From Massalongia carnosa (Eukaryota), in assembly GCA_965645245.1 (NCBI GenBank), contig OZ287081.1, forward strand, positions 806,001 to 870,000: a DNA stretch of 64,000 nucleotides, written 5' to 3'. Position 1 is the first letter of the stretch; each line of letters begins with the position of its first letter. Shown here one piece after another: positions 37,574-50,681 of this stretch. The notes beneath the pieces are model-generated. The model was given only the letters and a program-made list of their open reading frames with translations, made no database searches and had not been told where the DNA came from. The translations under genes and the position numbers were made by a program.

Positions 37574-39397
37574 ATGATCGTTATGCAAACTTGTTTCTCC
37601 AAATTAAACAGAATTTTGAGTATGAGCATCAACCACAACACTGCTATTCCATTGTCGCCGCTAGCCCCTATTCACTCAGAGCCTCCAGCATACGCTGGTT
37701 GGCGCACGTATCCTGTCAGCGTTCACAGCTTCAATCCTCTAACTACCCCTGCCCAAACGTATTGCGATCGGTTACACAAACTAAGCTCAACTTTATTTTC
37801 TGATGCTATCAAGTTGTATATTATTGATATTGATAGTAGTGGTGGTGAGTTTGCGTATTGACCAGCTTTGGGATTATTCATCTTAGACAAACTGACAGTC
37901 TAAACCCAGGAGCGCCGAAATGCAAAACAAGGCTTTGCGAACGGAATGCAGAAGTAGAATCGATATTGCAGCAGAAAAATGAAGAGCTTCCAAGGGTTAG
38001 GATAATGTGAGCTACGAAAGGCGTGTCCCTGAGACACACTAACTCATGATTGTACCAAGATCATTACACTCGCCAAACACTGCTCTTCCGTTACGAATCA
38101 CCGAATCGCTGATGCGGAAAATTCTTATGCGATATCGAGTTAACCCAGGATTTCTTCCGGTTCTTTTCTCGTTTGGGGATGAACCGCACCTCGCCGAAAC
38201 GGGTGCCAGCAACGTTGCGAGCTCTAAACTTGCCGATTCGAACAGTAAGGTTTTTGGACCTTCGAGTTTCATGCCAGTATTGAAAAAATTCAGGTGTCTT
38301 TTATCAAACTCGGTATGCCGAAGAAAACCAAAGGTCAACCGAAAATCCTTGGTCTATCCGGCAAATGGGCGTTTACCATTATCACGCGTTGGATAAGAAA
38401 TTCGATCTCTTTATACTGATTCATCCTCTGGACGGTAGCCCGGTTGAGAGAAAGCTGCAAGAGCTTGCCAGATCTGATCTGCATGCCACGGCTCTGCTAA
38501 GCACCATTTACGATGACCCATGGAAGCTACATGTTTTACCTTTTGCCTCCTATCTGGGAAATTGGCGCTGGTATTTCAGGTATTTGGGGGCAGATTTTCA
38601 AGAAAGGGTTTTAAAGTTCTCTTCGCTACCCAAAGACTCTTAGCTAATGGATCCAAAGAACGATGAAGCCTTAACTCTTGACCTCAAAACAACAGCTGCT
38701 GTTAGCTTGAGTTTTGACAAAGTGCAGAGTCTTCGGGATCTACATGATGTAGTCCTCTCTCTGAGCGCCTTCTGTGGGAGTAGTCTGAACGTCTTAAAGA
38801 TGCTGGATAACATCCAGGAGGCGGATCTCCAGGGTGAGTATTCATTGAGCTCCTACTATGTGCAACTGTGTGAATACGAGGAAAGTCTCTCGGTTCTCGG
38901 TAATAGAATACGCGGCGCTATCGAGCTTGTAAGCGTAAAACTCTCCAGCCACTCTCCAGCAATCACCTAATTTTGCTACAGCTTGCATATGCGTTGGACT
39001 TGCAGAACCAGGAGACAGCTGCAAGAATCAACGATCGAATTTCCGAACTCACAGAAGAAACAACTGACCATAGTGCCACTGTCACATGGATTACAATTCT
39101 AACGCTGATTTATCTTCCAGCCAGTTTTGTTTCGGTGAGTACAGCACGCTCAAAGCCTGATCTTTGGTCTCATGATACCAATAGGCTTTATACGGCATGA
39201 ACTTCTTCCTCTTCAATCCGCAGACAAAGAAGATAGCAATCGCAAATGACTTCTGGATATACGTAGCGACATGGCTACCGCTGACACTATTGACATTCGT
39301 AGGTTATAGAATGATGGTCCTCCGGCACAGACCGCGTAAAGAGGAGGGATGGCACTGGCTGAAGCTAAATAAGTTCCGAAACTTAAGTCCTCCGTGA
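37574..39397 (+). CDS. Divergent CorA-like (2-TM-GMN) membrane protein, about 7 exons; start at 37574 or 37622
   Basis: Spliced translation includes PLRITESLMRKIL..PGFLPVLFSFG, PWSIRQMGVYH and a long helical stalk. It ends ITILTLIYLPASFVS-ALYGMNFF..FWIYVATWLPLTLLT, with GMN at 39194-39202. Confidence 0.82.
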
Positions 39398-39522
39398 TTA
39401 AAAGTCTGGAGTTGATATAGCGAATCGAATGGAAACTGGCGTTAGATTTATCTTGCCGCAGTCTTTCTGGTTCTACCATATCTCCTCTATACATGTCGAA
39501 AGTTGTCAATGATTTATAAGGA

Positions 39523-42517
39523 TTATCTATAGTTGATGATCTTTCCTTTGATTGTACAGATTATAATCCGTAATGAGTTCTCCCTGAAAACAGATACTAC
39601 TTTTGCTTGGTCGTCGATATTGCCACTCTGATTCGATACCCTAGAGCGTGGCCCAATGCAACGGGTACCATCTGGCCGTGTAGTCAGGGGATACTCGCTG
39701 ACTTTATGTCCCCATTGGAGCTTTTTATTTTCAATACAAATTAGGGTAGAATCTTGAGAAACACAAGCAGTCCTTACGCTTTCTGTCCTGTAATTCTGGC
39801 GATGCCGTATAGTTTGGGTTGGTGTATTGGAGGGCTGCACGATGAATGTCCCCCCATGAGGATCACGTAGGACACAAGCAGGTTCGGATCCATATGGCCA
39901 CATCGTGAATTTCGTTGAAGCTGTGGGTAACTTGGGTATTTGAGTATTTTGCGTTATAGATCTTCATACGTTAACTTACTTTTTCATAGTATCCCTTCCC
40001 TCCTGAAGATGGCGGTAATTCCTTTACGTCCCAAAAATAGGATTGATCGGCAGATCTGCCAATAGCCCATACGCAAAGCCATTGACCGCTCGCACCAAAG
40101 GCAGCTTGGTTGATCGTGTTAGATGCATCGATATCCAATGGATACAGTTTCTCATCCCTGCTTGGTAATTTCTTTGAGTATATTCCCGAAGTACAAGGAG
40201 TTGAGACTCATACTTACAGATGGTGCGAGAGTATAATCTGTTTGCCACACACATAGGCAACGACTCCCAGACTAGACACAATCACGTTGGACACGTGTAA
40301 GCCATGATCAAACGACGGTATCCTGATGATTCGTGCGGTATTTCGGAGATCATATATTCCAATCTATATCGCGTTAATCATGGAAGATATCCAGTTGGGT
40401 TTCATTCACAGGACTTGAGATGCTAGGTGGCTTACCGACTTCTGAGCCGAAGATGGGGGCAAGCCGTACACTGCCAAGAACGGAAAGGCGAGGCAGATCT
40501 TTGTCCACGTGCTTTCCGATGGCAGCGGAACAGGAATGGGCCCCTGGTTGTTGGAAATGGGATGCACATCAACACGGTCTGTATAGAGCAAGGCAATGTA
40601 CTCTCCATTTGCTGAGAGGTCCACACTCCTTATTCTCCCCTGGAAAGGTAATGTTAGCCCCATTGAAGGAATAGGGCTTGAAGCACTCGAATGAGGAGTG
40701 CCTGATGCGACCGAAGGTATAGAGAAAATCGAACCCGTGCTGGCAGAATTTCTGCGTTCATCGTCGGGGTTCGATAGAGCCTCGATCGAAGGATGAATGA
40801 TACGGCCGTTAGAAGCTGGCGGCGGTAATACTACGATGTCGTTGACCGGGCTATTACTACCGGGCTCAGACGCAATATTATATAATAGCGTATGCACTTT
40901 TTCCATGAAGCCTCTGGCCCCTAATCGATGGGCCGGATCGATAACCAGGACCTCTCGGAGCATTTCACCACACTGTCGAACCCACGGAAATGTTGGATTG
41001 GACGAAAGCGAATCAAGCCAAGCAAGAATCGTTCCTTTGAGCTCGGTATTAGAACTGTCCCTGATGGTCGGTATCGATAAACCGTCCTTAGTCTTGTAGA
41101 AAAAGTCATCTCCTCCATGAAATCTTTCGTCTCGAAACATTTTAAGTGCATGCTTGCCTTCAAGAACCGTTCCTTCTAGCGCGAATTTCAACACATCGGC
41201 GAGAATACAGGCGAAAGACCAAATGTCGCACTTACGACCATCAACCCTAGGATTATCGATCTCTGGAGGTTGGTACGGTCCATGACCTCGATCGATGCGG
41301 TCTTGACGGGCATTGGATGTAAGTCTGTGCCCAACATCGCGGATTGACCGGATATTCGACGCCAGTCGGTCTGTGCGCTGGTCCAAAATAGATATTCCAA
41401 AATCCGATATCATCCATTTCCCAACGGGCGACCCTGAACCCCGCGTCACTAGAATATTTTCCGGTTTGAGATCCATGTGTGCGCAATAAATGTCTAGTGA
41501 TCCCTGTATGTGAAGGTCTTCGTGGAGCCACACGAGCGCAGACGCAATATTTAACAGCTCCTTGAACAACGCGCCTTGTAATATTGAAGGCGTCAAGCTC
41601 GGAAACTCCCTATCGAAATCATAAACCATGACTTCCTCTCGAGTGTAATCTTGCGCCTCGAAGCCGCAGCGTAGAAAAACTTCGAGGTCACGAAGTTCGG
41701 CTAAAGGAAGTAGAATCATGAAATCATCCCCATGGACGATTGACGCTATATGTAGCATTATGGACCTTTTCCCCTGGCCAATATCTGCTTTCAGATATTC
41801 AAGGTTTCGAAGCTCCATGTGGAAGTCTTCCCTGCTTCTGTCATTCCTATACTTCTTACACGCCACAGCTTTGGCCTGCGAGTGACATCAATACATTGTC
41901 TGAGCATCTAATAGCAATAATATACCTACCTCACTGTTTTTTGTTCGATTATCCGTATGAAACAAATACTCTGGAGCAATGATGACTTTGGAGACAACCC
42001 CAAAACCGCCACTTCCAATTTCTAGGGAATCTTCGATGAAAGGAAGACGTTCTTTGGATCTTAGCTGCTGAATATACCTCGTATCGTGCTCTTCAATGAT
42101 GACTGGGATGAAAGCGTACTGCATTTGTGAAAACAAATGTGCAGAGCGACGGAGAAATCCCAATTGGGTTTCGGATAATGGCAAGCTTGCATCATTTCGA
42201 TCTTGGTCCGGCCGCATGAAAAAATATGGTCTAAATAGCAATTCTAGATCCGTCCAATCTATGCAGATCAGGATCGACAGGACTTTGAGGTACTCGGCTC
42301 GTATCTTCTGTCGTTCATCCTCCCACCAGCGTTGGCTCGGAAAGATATCTCTAAGATTATAGAACTCCCAAACAGTCCGTAGTTCGCGGTCGCATATAAA
42401 GATTTTAGATGAATCATCCTGTCGATGCATCCTTTGAAGTATGGCCATTTGGATTTGCGCAAGCGGATCAAGGTTTTCGACTCCATGAGACGGGTTTCGT
42501 AAACCGTCGGGTGGCAT
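39523..42517 (-). CDS. Ser/Thr protein kinase with an N-terminal helical extension and a C-terminal beta-rich (WD40-like) region, about 5 exons
   Basis: GSGGFGVV, AVACK, HMDLKPENIL, ISDFG, YQPPE and DIWSFACI motifs. Downstream exons read SVDLSANGEYIALL, IGIYDL and AAFGASGQWLCVW..YFWDV. Confidence 0.85.
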
Positions 42518-43422
42518 ACTCAATAGTTAGCGGAAGGGATTGTAGGTAGCCTGTGCCAAATTCCCAACGGTTCTCTAGCATGTCACCAAGAATCCCTCTT
42601 CGCCTGAATTGACAGTGATGTATACAGAGATAGGCGGCTACGTACACCATCCCACTTCATCAGGCTGAAGGTGGCTTACGGTCAAGCAGCCCAGTTCTGA
42701 CCCTTGGAGTTCGCTTATACTCGCGGAAAGACGAAAAATGATGACTTCGATTACCACAAGCTTTGTACATGGTATAGCCTAATTTGCTCGTCTTCTTTGC
42801 ATAGTAAAATGTCATTCGGGCGAGTGAAAATCACAGGGAAACTTTTGGCGATTTGCTTTAGGGGTTTGGAGTACAGGGTGCCTATCATAACGTCGGTATA
42901 CTTATCTACCAACAACCGAATCTAACTAAATCTGTTGATGCTGCCTTTGAGGTTTTATCAGCCTAGAGGCGTTGTCAAGTAAAATGGAAGGATTGAGGAT
43001 TCGTCACCGATCACACCACTCATTGCCTGTCTTTCGGTTCTACAGTAACCAGATGTGAAAGCGCCATCTAATATTTTTTCTTCGCATTTGGTGCACCTGG
43101 TGGTTGCACAATCAAGGGTGCCTGAGGGTTTGCAAGGCATAGGCTGTGCTGTCGAGAGACCTATCACTTTCAAGCCTTAGCTCCCCCTTACCCTTCGTTT
43201 TCCTTGTCTAGGACAGTCGGAGCATGGAGAGGCTTCATGTTTGTATATCAAACGTTGTATTGCTGTGAGGCTGTGATATTCTCGACATAACGATGAGTCT
43301 CCGGTGTTTTCTTTACAAGACTTTGTTGTCTACATTCCTCTCACTCAACTTCCAGTGAAACAACCCTCATACATTCCAACTATTTCTAAATGCTACATAA
43401 TTATTCAAAGTAAACCTTTTCA

Positions 43423-45569
43423 ATGGCAGAACTAGAGGCTGAGCTGAGGTACGCACTGTTTCTCGATTCTGATAAACAAGCAAGTTAATAGATGTTTAGA
43501 CCGGAGCTATACGGATGGCAGATATTTGTCTGGTTAGCCATGCTCCCTTGGACCAATTTACTCATTTCCCCACAGACGATTACGGTCAGCGCGGTAATCG
43601 GTATCACTATATTCTACAGCGATGGGGAGGCCCTCGAAGTTGCTGGGCCTGGAGGAACCTTGTTGGCTTTCGTTATAATTGGCATAATTTCGATCTGCGT
43701 CCTCGAAGGAGTCAGTGAGATGGTACAAATGTTTCCTGCTCCCAATGCTATAATGGAGTACATCAGAGCCTTTGTGGATCCAGATTTGGCCTGGGTAATG
43801 GGAGTAGCCTACTGGTAAGCAAACTCCAGAGTTTAAAAGACTTATACTTAAGATCTCGTTCCTAAAGGTACACTTTTTCCTCTACATTTGCTATCCTCAT
43901 TATTGCAGCCGCAGAATTTTCAAGTTTCTGGCATCTAGCACAGGTTTGGCAAACAATAGGGTTCTATGGTTTTGCCCCGGTGGTGATGCTGTTCATTAAC
44001 TTTGCAGGAGTAAAGGTAAGCTACAGCTTTTCCGAAAGACGGCGAAATTGCTCCTAAGGATAGATTCGAGTATTTTGGTTACGTCGAGACGGTCGGCGGA
44101 ATCCTCAAGATCTTCATGGTCATTGGCGGTGGCATATACATGTATATTATTCATGGGAAAGGTCTGTCTTCAACGCAGTTTATTTTTCCGACTTACTGAC
44201 CACTACAGAGGAGACCGGTTCCACCTGTAAATCTTACATACAACCAGACCAGATTTATAATATGGTTTATGAACGTTGTTGACCATGTGCGACAGACATT
44301 AACAAGGGTTTTACCAATAACCCACGCTTTGCAAAAAATAAAAAAATTGCCGGATGGTAAGAGAACTCTAAACGTGCCTTAAAGTATTGGTTGACAGTCA
44401 TATTTTAGCTACGTGATTCCAATCGTGGCCTATGGTTTTATTTCATTGGAATCTATTGCAGTGACTGCATTTGAAGCACGGGATCTAAACTCTTTACGTA
44501 AATCTTCTCAACTCGTAGCATACTTCATATTTGGGTTGTATGTATTCATTCTTGTTGGCGAGCTGATGAACGTGGATTGGACAAACCGTGCGCTTCCCCA
44601 AATCTATGGAGGTATCGATGCGGATTATACTGGAGTACGCACCGAACCTTCGCGTTCTCAGGCAATTGTGATTATAGCTGCCCTTCGGGCGGGTTCACCG
44701 AAGATTTCTGGTCTCTTAAACGGTTGCATGATTTTCTCCGCTCTCAGCGCTTCTAACACCGCGTTATATATTGCATCGCGGAGCTTGTACGGCATGACTC
44801 GCACAATCAGTCCATGGAGATGGTTTGCGTGGCTAAGAGAACTGGGCACTGTCTGGCACAGGACTGGCGTACCCATGTGGGCTTTACTAGTCTCCGCTCT
44901 AGCTTTCGTATGGTTGCCCTTTCTAGAGTTACAAGGAGGACATAATATAGCAACTGTATGCTACCTTGTATATTTGATTTATCATGCCGCTAATTTTGCG
45001 ATAGTGGATTGAGATTATGAGCATATCATCTAGTGTGAGCTGTTTGCTTGTTTGGGCTTCATTGTGTTTAGCATTTATCCGCTACCATGCGTGGTCAGTC
45101 AATCGACGCCCAGTTGTATGTTGCTTGAGCTGACAATATTTGGGCGGTTAAAGGCTCAAGAAGCACAGGGATGCAATAGCGGTATCGTATCCTGAACATA
45201 ATCGATGGGCCAAGACTAGTCAAGCATCCACATTCCTGGCAGGGTTGCAACCGGCTCTTGCATGGCTCGGCTTCATCGCTTGCCTCGTGATAGTCTTCGT
45301 GTTCACGACGGCAACTTGGTGGAGTACCCGTCCCATGTTTACCAAGATTGCAACCGCGTACGGATCTGTAAGTACCACCCTTGTTCTTGAGGGTACCAGA
45401 GTCCTGATGAAAACGATGACCATAACAGCCTGTCGTTCTCACAGTATTCTTTATCCTGCTTAAGCTTATCACAAGAAGACTTCCGGTCAGGCTTGATGAT
45501 GACTCTGCGGCTCTATTCAGCACCCTTGAACATTTGAGGTATCTTAAACCTGAACGGCGGACTACATAA
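43423..45569 (+). CDS. Divergent APC-superfamily (yeast amino acid transporter-like) permease, multi-exon
   Basis: ITVSAVIGITIF..GEALEVAGPGGTLLAF..SEM..FP..FVDPDLAWVMGVAYWY, FGYVETVGGILK, SALSASNTALYIASRSLYGM, GVPMWALLVS and LQPALAW. Confidence 0.85.
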
Positions 45570-46139
45570 AATACGACGTAGCAGGGCATTCCAGATTGCA
45601 GGGTTCTAATGATTTCAGTTCTACGGGGTGGCAGCCCTCATTTCTCCCCCCCAGGTTCTTCGGCTCTATGTGCTAATAATCTGTTGTTATTCTGGTCTGT
45701 ATATAAATGTAGATCAGCACAACCAATTTCCACATCCCTTAGCATCCTGATCATGCAGGACACATGCATCATAGCATATTCATTTACTTACCCCGATATA
45801 ACTTGCTCGCCTTTAAGGTTAAGTATCTTTAGTTGATTCATATATATCGATTTTTCTATCTTCTTCTTGTTTCTAGTCTATCTTCCATGTTGCTTTTAGG
45901 GACCGCCGTCTTCAAGTTTGTGTTCACGTCGATCCTACTTATATACCGAGAAAAAAATTCTGCAGGATTTATTCTTTGCTAACGGCGGTTTTGTTAGACT
46001 GTTCAAAAAGCCGAGGAACCCCGAAAGGGCACAACCTTGGAAAATGGAAATCATGAGTCTGAAGGCAGATATCAGGAATTGTTCATTCTAGTCTCTAGTG
46101 GGATCAGACTCCTCTGGCCTATTATGTCCTTGGTCAAAG

Positions 46140-46203
46140 CGTTACCATTACATCTAGGGAATTGATCGTTACCATTACATCTAGGGAATTGATCGTTACC
46201 ATT
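46140..46203 (+). repeat. Perfect 27-bp tandem duplication (about 2.4 copies)
   Basis: CGTTACCATTACATCTAGGGAATTGAT twice, then CGTTACCATT. Confidence 0.9.
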
Positions 46204-47687
46204 CGATGGCTCAGCGGCCACACGATTCTTTGGAACTGAGGATTTTGAGCCCAGCCAAGTTTGCAGTTTCCAGAGAGATCGTCCGAAGATTGTACTGTAA
46301 GCTATCATCTTCAAGTTTGGTTTTCCTGAAAGAAGAGAGCATGGGCGAGTGGTCAGGATGGGGTAGAAAGATACTGTCAAGCGTGTGATAGTGAACCCAG
46401 TATCTAAATCACTCGAGAATTATGCATCCAATGGAGTTCATGCCTTTTCTTTCAGATCTTTCTAATATCTCAGCCTTGATTGCGTCAATTCTCTATTTTC
46501 CAAGATTGGTCACAATCCTGCGATGGGCCCTTCCAGAGACGATGATATAATGCCGCATAGATTATTTTAACATCACCAAAAAAAGTGCTAAAATAAAGCC
46601 GATTTCATCGCCTCCGTGATGAGATACAATGACGAGGAATGCACGACTATGGAATAGACTGCGACCGTTTTCGCTTTATCCGCACTTGCCGAAGCAGAAA
46701 AAACGGCTGCGGCCCTGGCTGGAATAATCAGTTATCGAGTTAAAAAGCAAGTTGATCATAAAAGCCCGTCCTACGCGTGCCAATGAATCTCAATTGATCA
46801 ACGACAGTCTTGTAAAATGCCATATTTAAACGCCGTCATCGACAACGGGCTCCGAATACGTTCACCCATGCTGACCTGATCGTCCGCGTAATTTCCACCT
46901 ACGGGAAGATGGTTTGAGGATATTGGCCTCTATGGGGCGACTATGTGCTCCTTATCAAATACGACCCCAAAAGGCGAGCACTGACAAGTTTCATAGATCA
47001 ACATCCAATTCGCCCGTTGGAGTAAGTGCCTACCATTCGTCCGCCCACTTCCACCTTCCGGAACCCGTTGCCTCGGAGCATCGGCTCTACGCCCAAGTCA
47101 CAATCTTTGCAGACGACGCTTGAACACGCACGCAGCCCTTTAAAATTGGGCTACATAACTACATTGGTTGTAGCGGACCGGAGTTGGGGGGCCAGAACTG
47201 CTCATCTTTCCCGCACAAGACCTAAACCGAGGTATTGCCAATAAGATGGAGCACGTTTAGGTAGTATTCTGTAGTTGCTTTGCTTCCAAAGTTAAAGGAC
47301 GTTGCTTTGTAAAGAAGAATATGATGAATAATACCTCGGTAAGTACCTTAGGCTGGTATCTGCAGTACGGCGGTATCAACTACAAACGACAGGCATCTTT
47401 CAGAGAACCTCTACTTTATACATCGCTCGAACCTTCATGAAGAATAATTGGCTGGCTTCAAGAGTCACATGATATCAATAACCGACCTAAATTGAATCAT
47501 AACTACAACACTTGGTAGATCCGTTTGGGATCATCCATGCAATATAGAACTCACAGCAAGCTTAATTGCTGATGAACTGTTCCTTGTCCTTCGAAGTACT
47601 CCATAACGTTAGGCGAAGTTGTTTGTCTTATTTACAGAGTAGTCATCTTCATGTCGAATCGCCTGCGGTTGTTTAAACAAATCTATC

Positions 47688-49180
47688 ATGCCTTATACAT
47701 TTCTGCTTCCTACTACCTCTGATATCTCCTACTCCAAGATTTTCCACAGCACTACTCATCCGTCCTTGCCCTCGAGTGCAACAACTCATCGACTTGTCTT
47801 GCGAAACGTATTGAAGAAGCATAAACGTCTTCCAGGTCATTCGCAATCATCCGATCTTGCTAATATCGTGTCCGCCCTTGAAGCGTATATCCCATACCTG
47901 TTCGCTCTCGACACTGGCCTTAGTGGCAAAGAGGTCAATAGAGAGGAGATAGATATAGCCCTAGTAGCAGAAGTCGAAGTTGAATGGCGCACATCCCTCG
48001 CGGCCACGATTCCGGGGCGCGAAGCCCGACGTGTTAAGGGAAAAGGGCTAGACTACGAGATATGTTTTACACTCACCACGCTGGCTTATGTCTCCACACT
48101 ACTTGCACAATCCCAGCTTCGTGGATTGTACACCTCCACAACCCCCACATGGGAGCAGCGTGCTGGAATAATCACAAAAGCAACCAAATATCTTTTGCAA
48201 GCTGGTTCCATTCATACTTATCTCAAAATGCGCATCAATGAAACAAATGTGCCTTCGGGGGCTCTTGAGACGAGTCCCTCGGCGCAAGATGCGCTTGCTG
48301 AACTAGCCTTGGCGGAAGCTACGCTTCTTGCGGTCCTCAAGGATGATCCATACCCTGCTGCGGTGGCGCAAGATCGTAACAAGAATGACAGTGAATGGAA
48401 ATTCAAAGCTCCGGAACTCCCAAAAGTCCGTGCGCATCTTTTCGCAAGGCTATGCTTCGCTGCAGCCGAACATGCCGGAAAAGCCGAGGCGATGCTTAAC
48501 AGCTCAGATAGTGATAAAATAATCCGAGTTGATGATGCGCTGCTAAAGTATATTGGCGACCTGAGGAGAACGTCCAAGGCGAAGGCTTGCAGGCTTTTTG
48601 GGATCGATGCCGAGCTAGAGGGCGAAACTGGCCAGGCAATCTCATGGCTTCTTGCAGGTAAGAAGGAGCTTGGATATTTTGGCACGCTTGAAGGGGGATC
48701 CAAATTGAAAGGGCTGGTAAAGCTCAAACGAGATTGGACGGAACATAGAGAGGATAAAAAAATCGAAAAAGGCGGCGAATGGGGCAGTGATGCTGGACGG
48801 TTGGAGGAAGCAAGGATTGTAGAGATGCTCGATAAGAAATGGAATAAAATGAATGACACGGTGAGATTTCAGAACTTCAGGATCGTAAAGCGTCGTCCTG
48901 ATCGCACTGGCAGATCAACACCCAAATCATCCCTCCATCTGAAATGATGCTTGCTAAAGCACCTGCTGGGCGAGACATTCATACGATAAATTCTTTCGTA
49001 CCTGGGAGCCTTGATGAGGACATTTTGTCCCACATGCGGGCCCCGCCGGACGAAGAAGACGCTAACAAATCAGCGGGCGGTGATGACAGTAGCAGCGAAG
49101 GTGAACGCGATGGGAAAAGCGCTCTCCCCAGGTCGTTTCCCGGAAGAGCTGTCATAAGCCCGTCGGGAGAATTCTACTAA
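47688..49180 (+). CDS. palC: pH-response regulator PalC, Bro1 domain (intron 48861-48912)
   Basis: MPYTFLLPTTS..THPSLP..YIPYLFAL..LLAVLKDDPY..KAPELPKVRAHLFARLC..GEWGSDAGRLEEARIV..KMNDTINTQ, ending FY. Confidence 0.92.
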
Positions 49181-49386
49181 TGAAGTCTCCAAGCAGTTGC
49201 GATCACTCTCCTAGACAATGATTTGAATTCTCCATGTTGTCGGACGGATATCCTGATGGTAGAGTTGATGTAGAACTTAGGGGATATTGTGCCGGTAAAC
49301 ATATTCCCTTGAACGCCATGTACATGTATAAACTCAGCCCCTGAAGTACAGAGCCATTTATCCTTATTTCTTCCCCCAAGTCCCTC

Positions 49387-49822
49387 TCAACCACCCTGCT
49401 CATCCCCCGGCAGAGAATTCTGCTGTTGAAATAGATACCCCCTAATCCGACTTTCCTTCAACGCCTCAAAGTACCGTTCTACCATCGCACACCCAAAGGA
49501 ATTAGCCTTTACCATGCTCCACTCCCTTCCTCCTCTCCCCAACCTCTCTCCAAAAATCTCTCCTTAAAAATTCTCACAAGAGAACTACCACCTTACCTCT
49601 GAGCCTCCCACATTTCTCCAAATGCCCCACACCTTCCCGTACATAACATCGGCCAAGCTCCTCTCGCACTAGCCGCGCCATCATACTCTTGACCCATTGC
49701 TCGCGGATAACGGCGTCTTGCGCGGCTTTCAGACGGGGGGTATCGGAATAGTCGACGCCGGAGAAGGAAGGCGGGACGGTGGGTTTGCGGGCAAGGAAGA
49801 GGGCGGATTCAGGAGTGGGCAT
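49387..49822 (-). CDS. Mitochondrial complex I 12-kDa subunit, NDUFB10 family (exons 49822-49597, 49478-49387)
   Basis: MPTPESALFLARKPTVPPSF..AQDAVIREQWVKSMMARLVREELGRCYVREGVGHLEKCGRLRERYFEAL. Confidence 0.9.
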
Positions 49823-50681
49823 TTTGGTGATTTGATATGCGCATTGGTGGAGGGAAGGCTTGTGGGAAGTGCACAATTGGAGGGGGATATAATAGTGGTA
49901 GATGCGCTGTTTCCGCGGCTTTCGGTTGACGAGTATCGTATTTTTGATATGAAATAAGGTACGGAATAGTTACCAGTTTAAATTACCATGATACGCTTTC
50001 GCTCAAAAAAAAGGATTGCATGCAGCAATCACCAATCCTGCTTGATTGACATCGGTTGCGTCCATCGTCCATCAATTGGCATTCGGACTTCTCTTCGTTC
50101 GGACGTTTCGCAGGGCCAACTTGGAATTCTGAGATATTGGGGTTAGAGAATGAAGAGTTCTGTTGTTGTCGCCGCGCTCAATCAAGATCGAATACAGCAT
50201 TCAACTTTCGTCCTTCTTTCCATTCAATCAGCAATTTGAAAACTATAGCAGCCCTAGTCAGCAGTCACAAAGCTTTTCTGGCAAGTTTTTGACGGAAACG
50301 GCATTTCTATCCGTTGCTTTAGCCTCATAATTCCCTGCTTAGGAGAGGTACTGTACAAAACTATCTAGTCCATTTGAGGATCGTGATGATTTGATCTCAT
50401 GGTTGACTTTTGTTCTCGTAAATCTGTTCTTCTCCTGGATTTTAGAGTACCTTGTGTGTCCTGAAACGAATCGGGATCAATTGGAGAACCACTATATTCC
50501 AATCATTAGCTTTATAACCCAAGACCGGGGCGCTACATTCTCAGCTGAGAAATATCCAAGGACATCTCCTCAGCTTGAGCAATCACTCTCAACTCTGCGG
50601 AGAGTTTGGGGTCTTGTTCCATCGGAACTGTTTTTCTCACTTCAAAGTTCAATACATTACCATTGTCATCCGCACTGCGCC

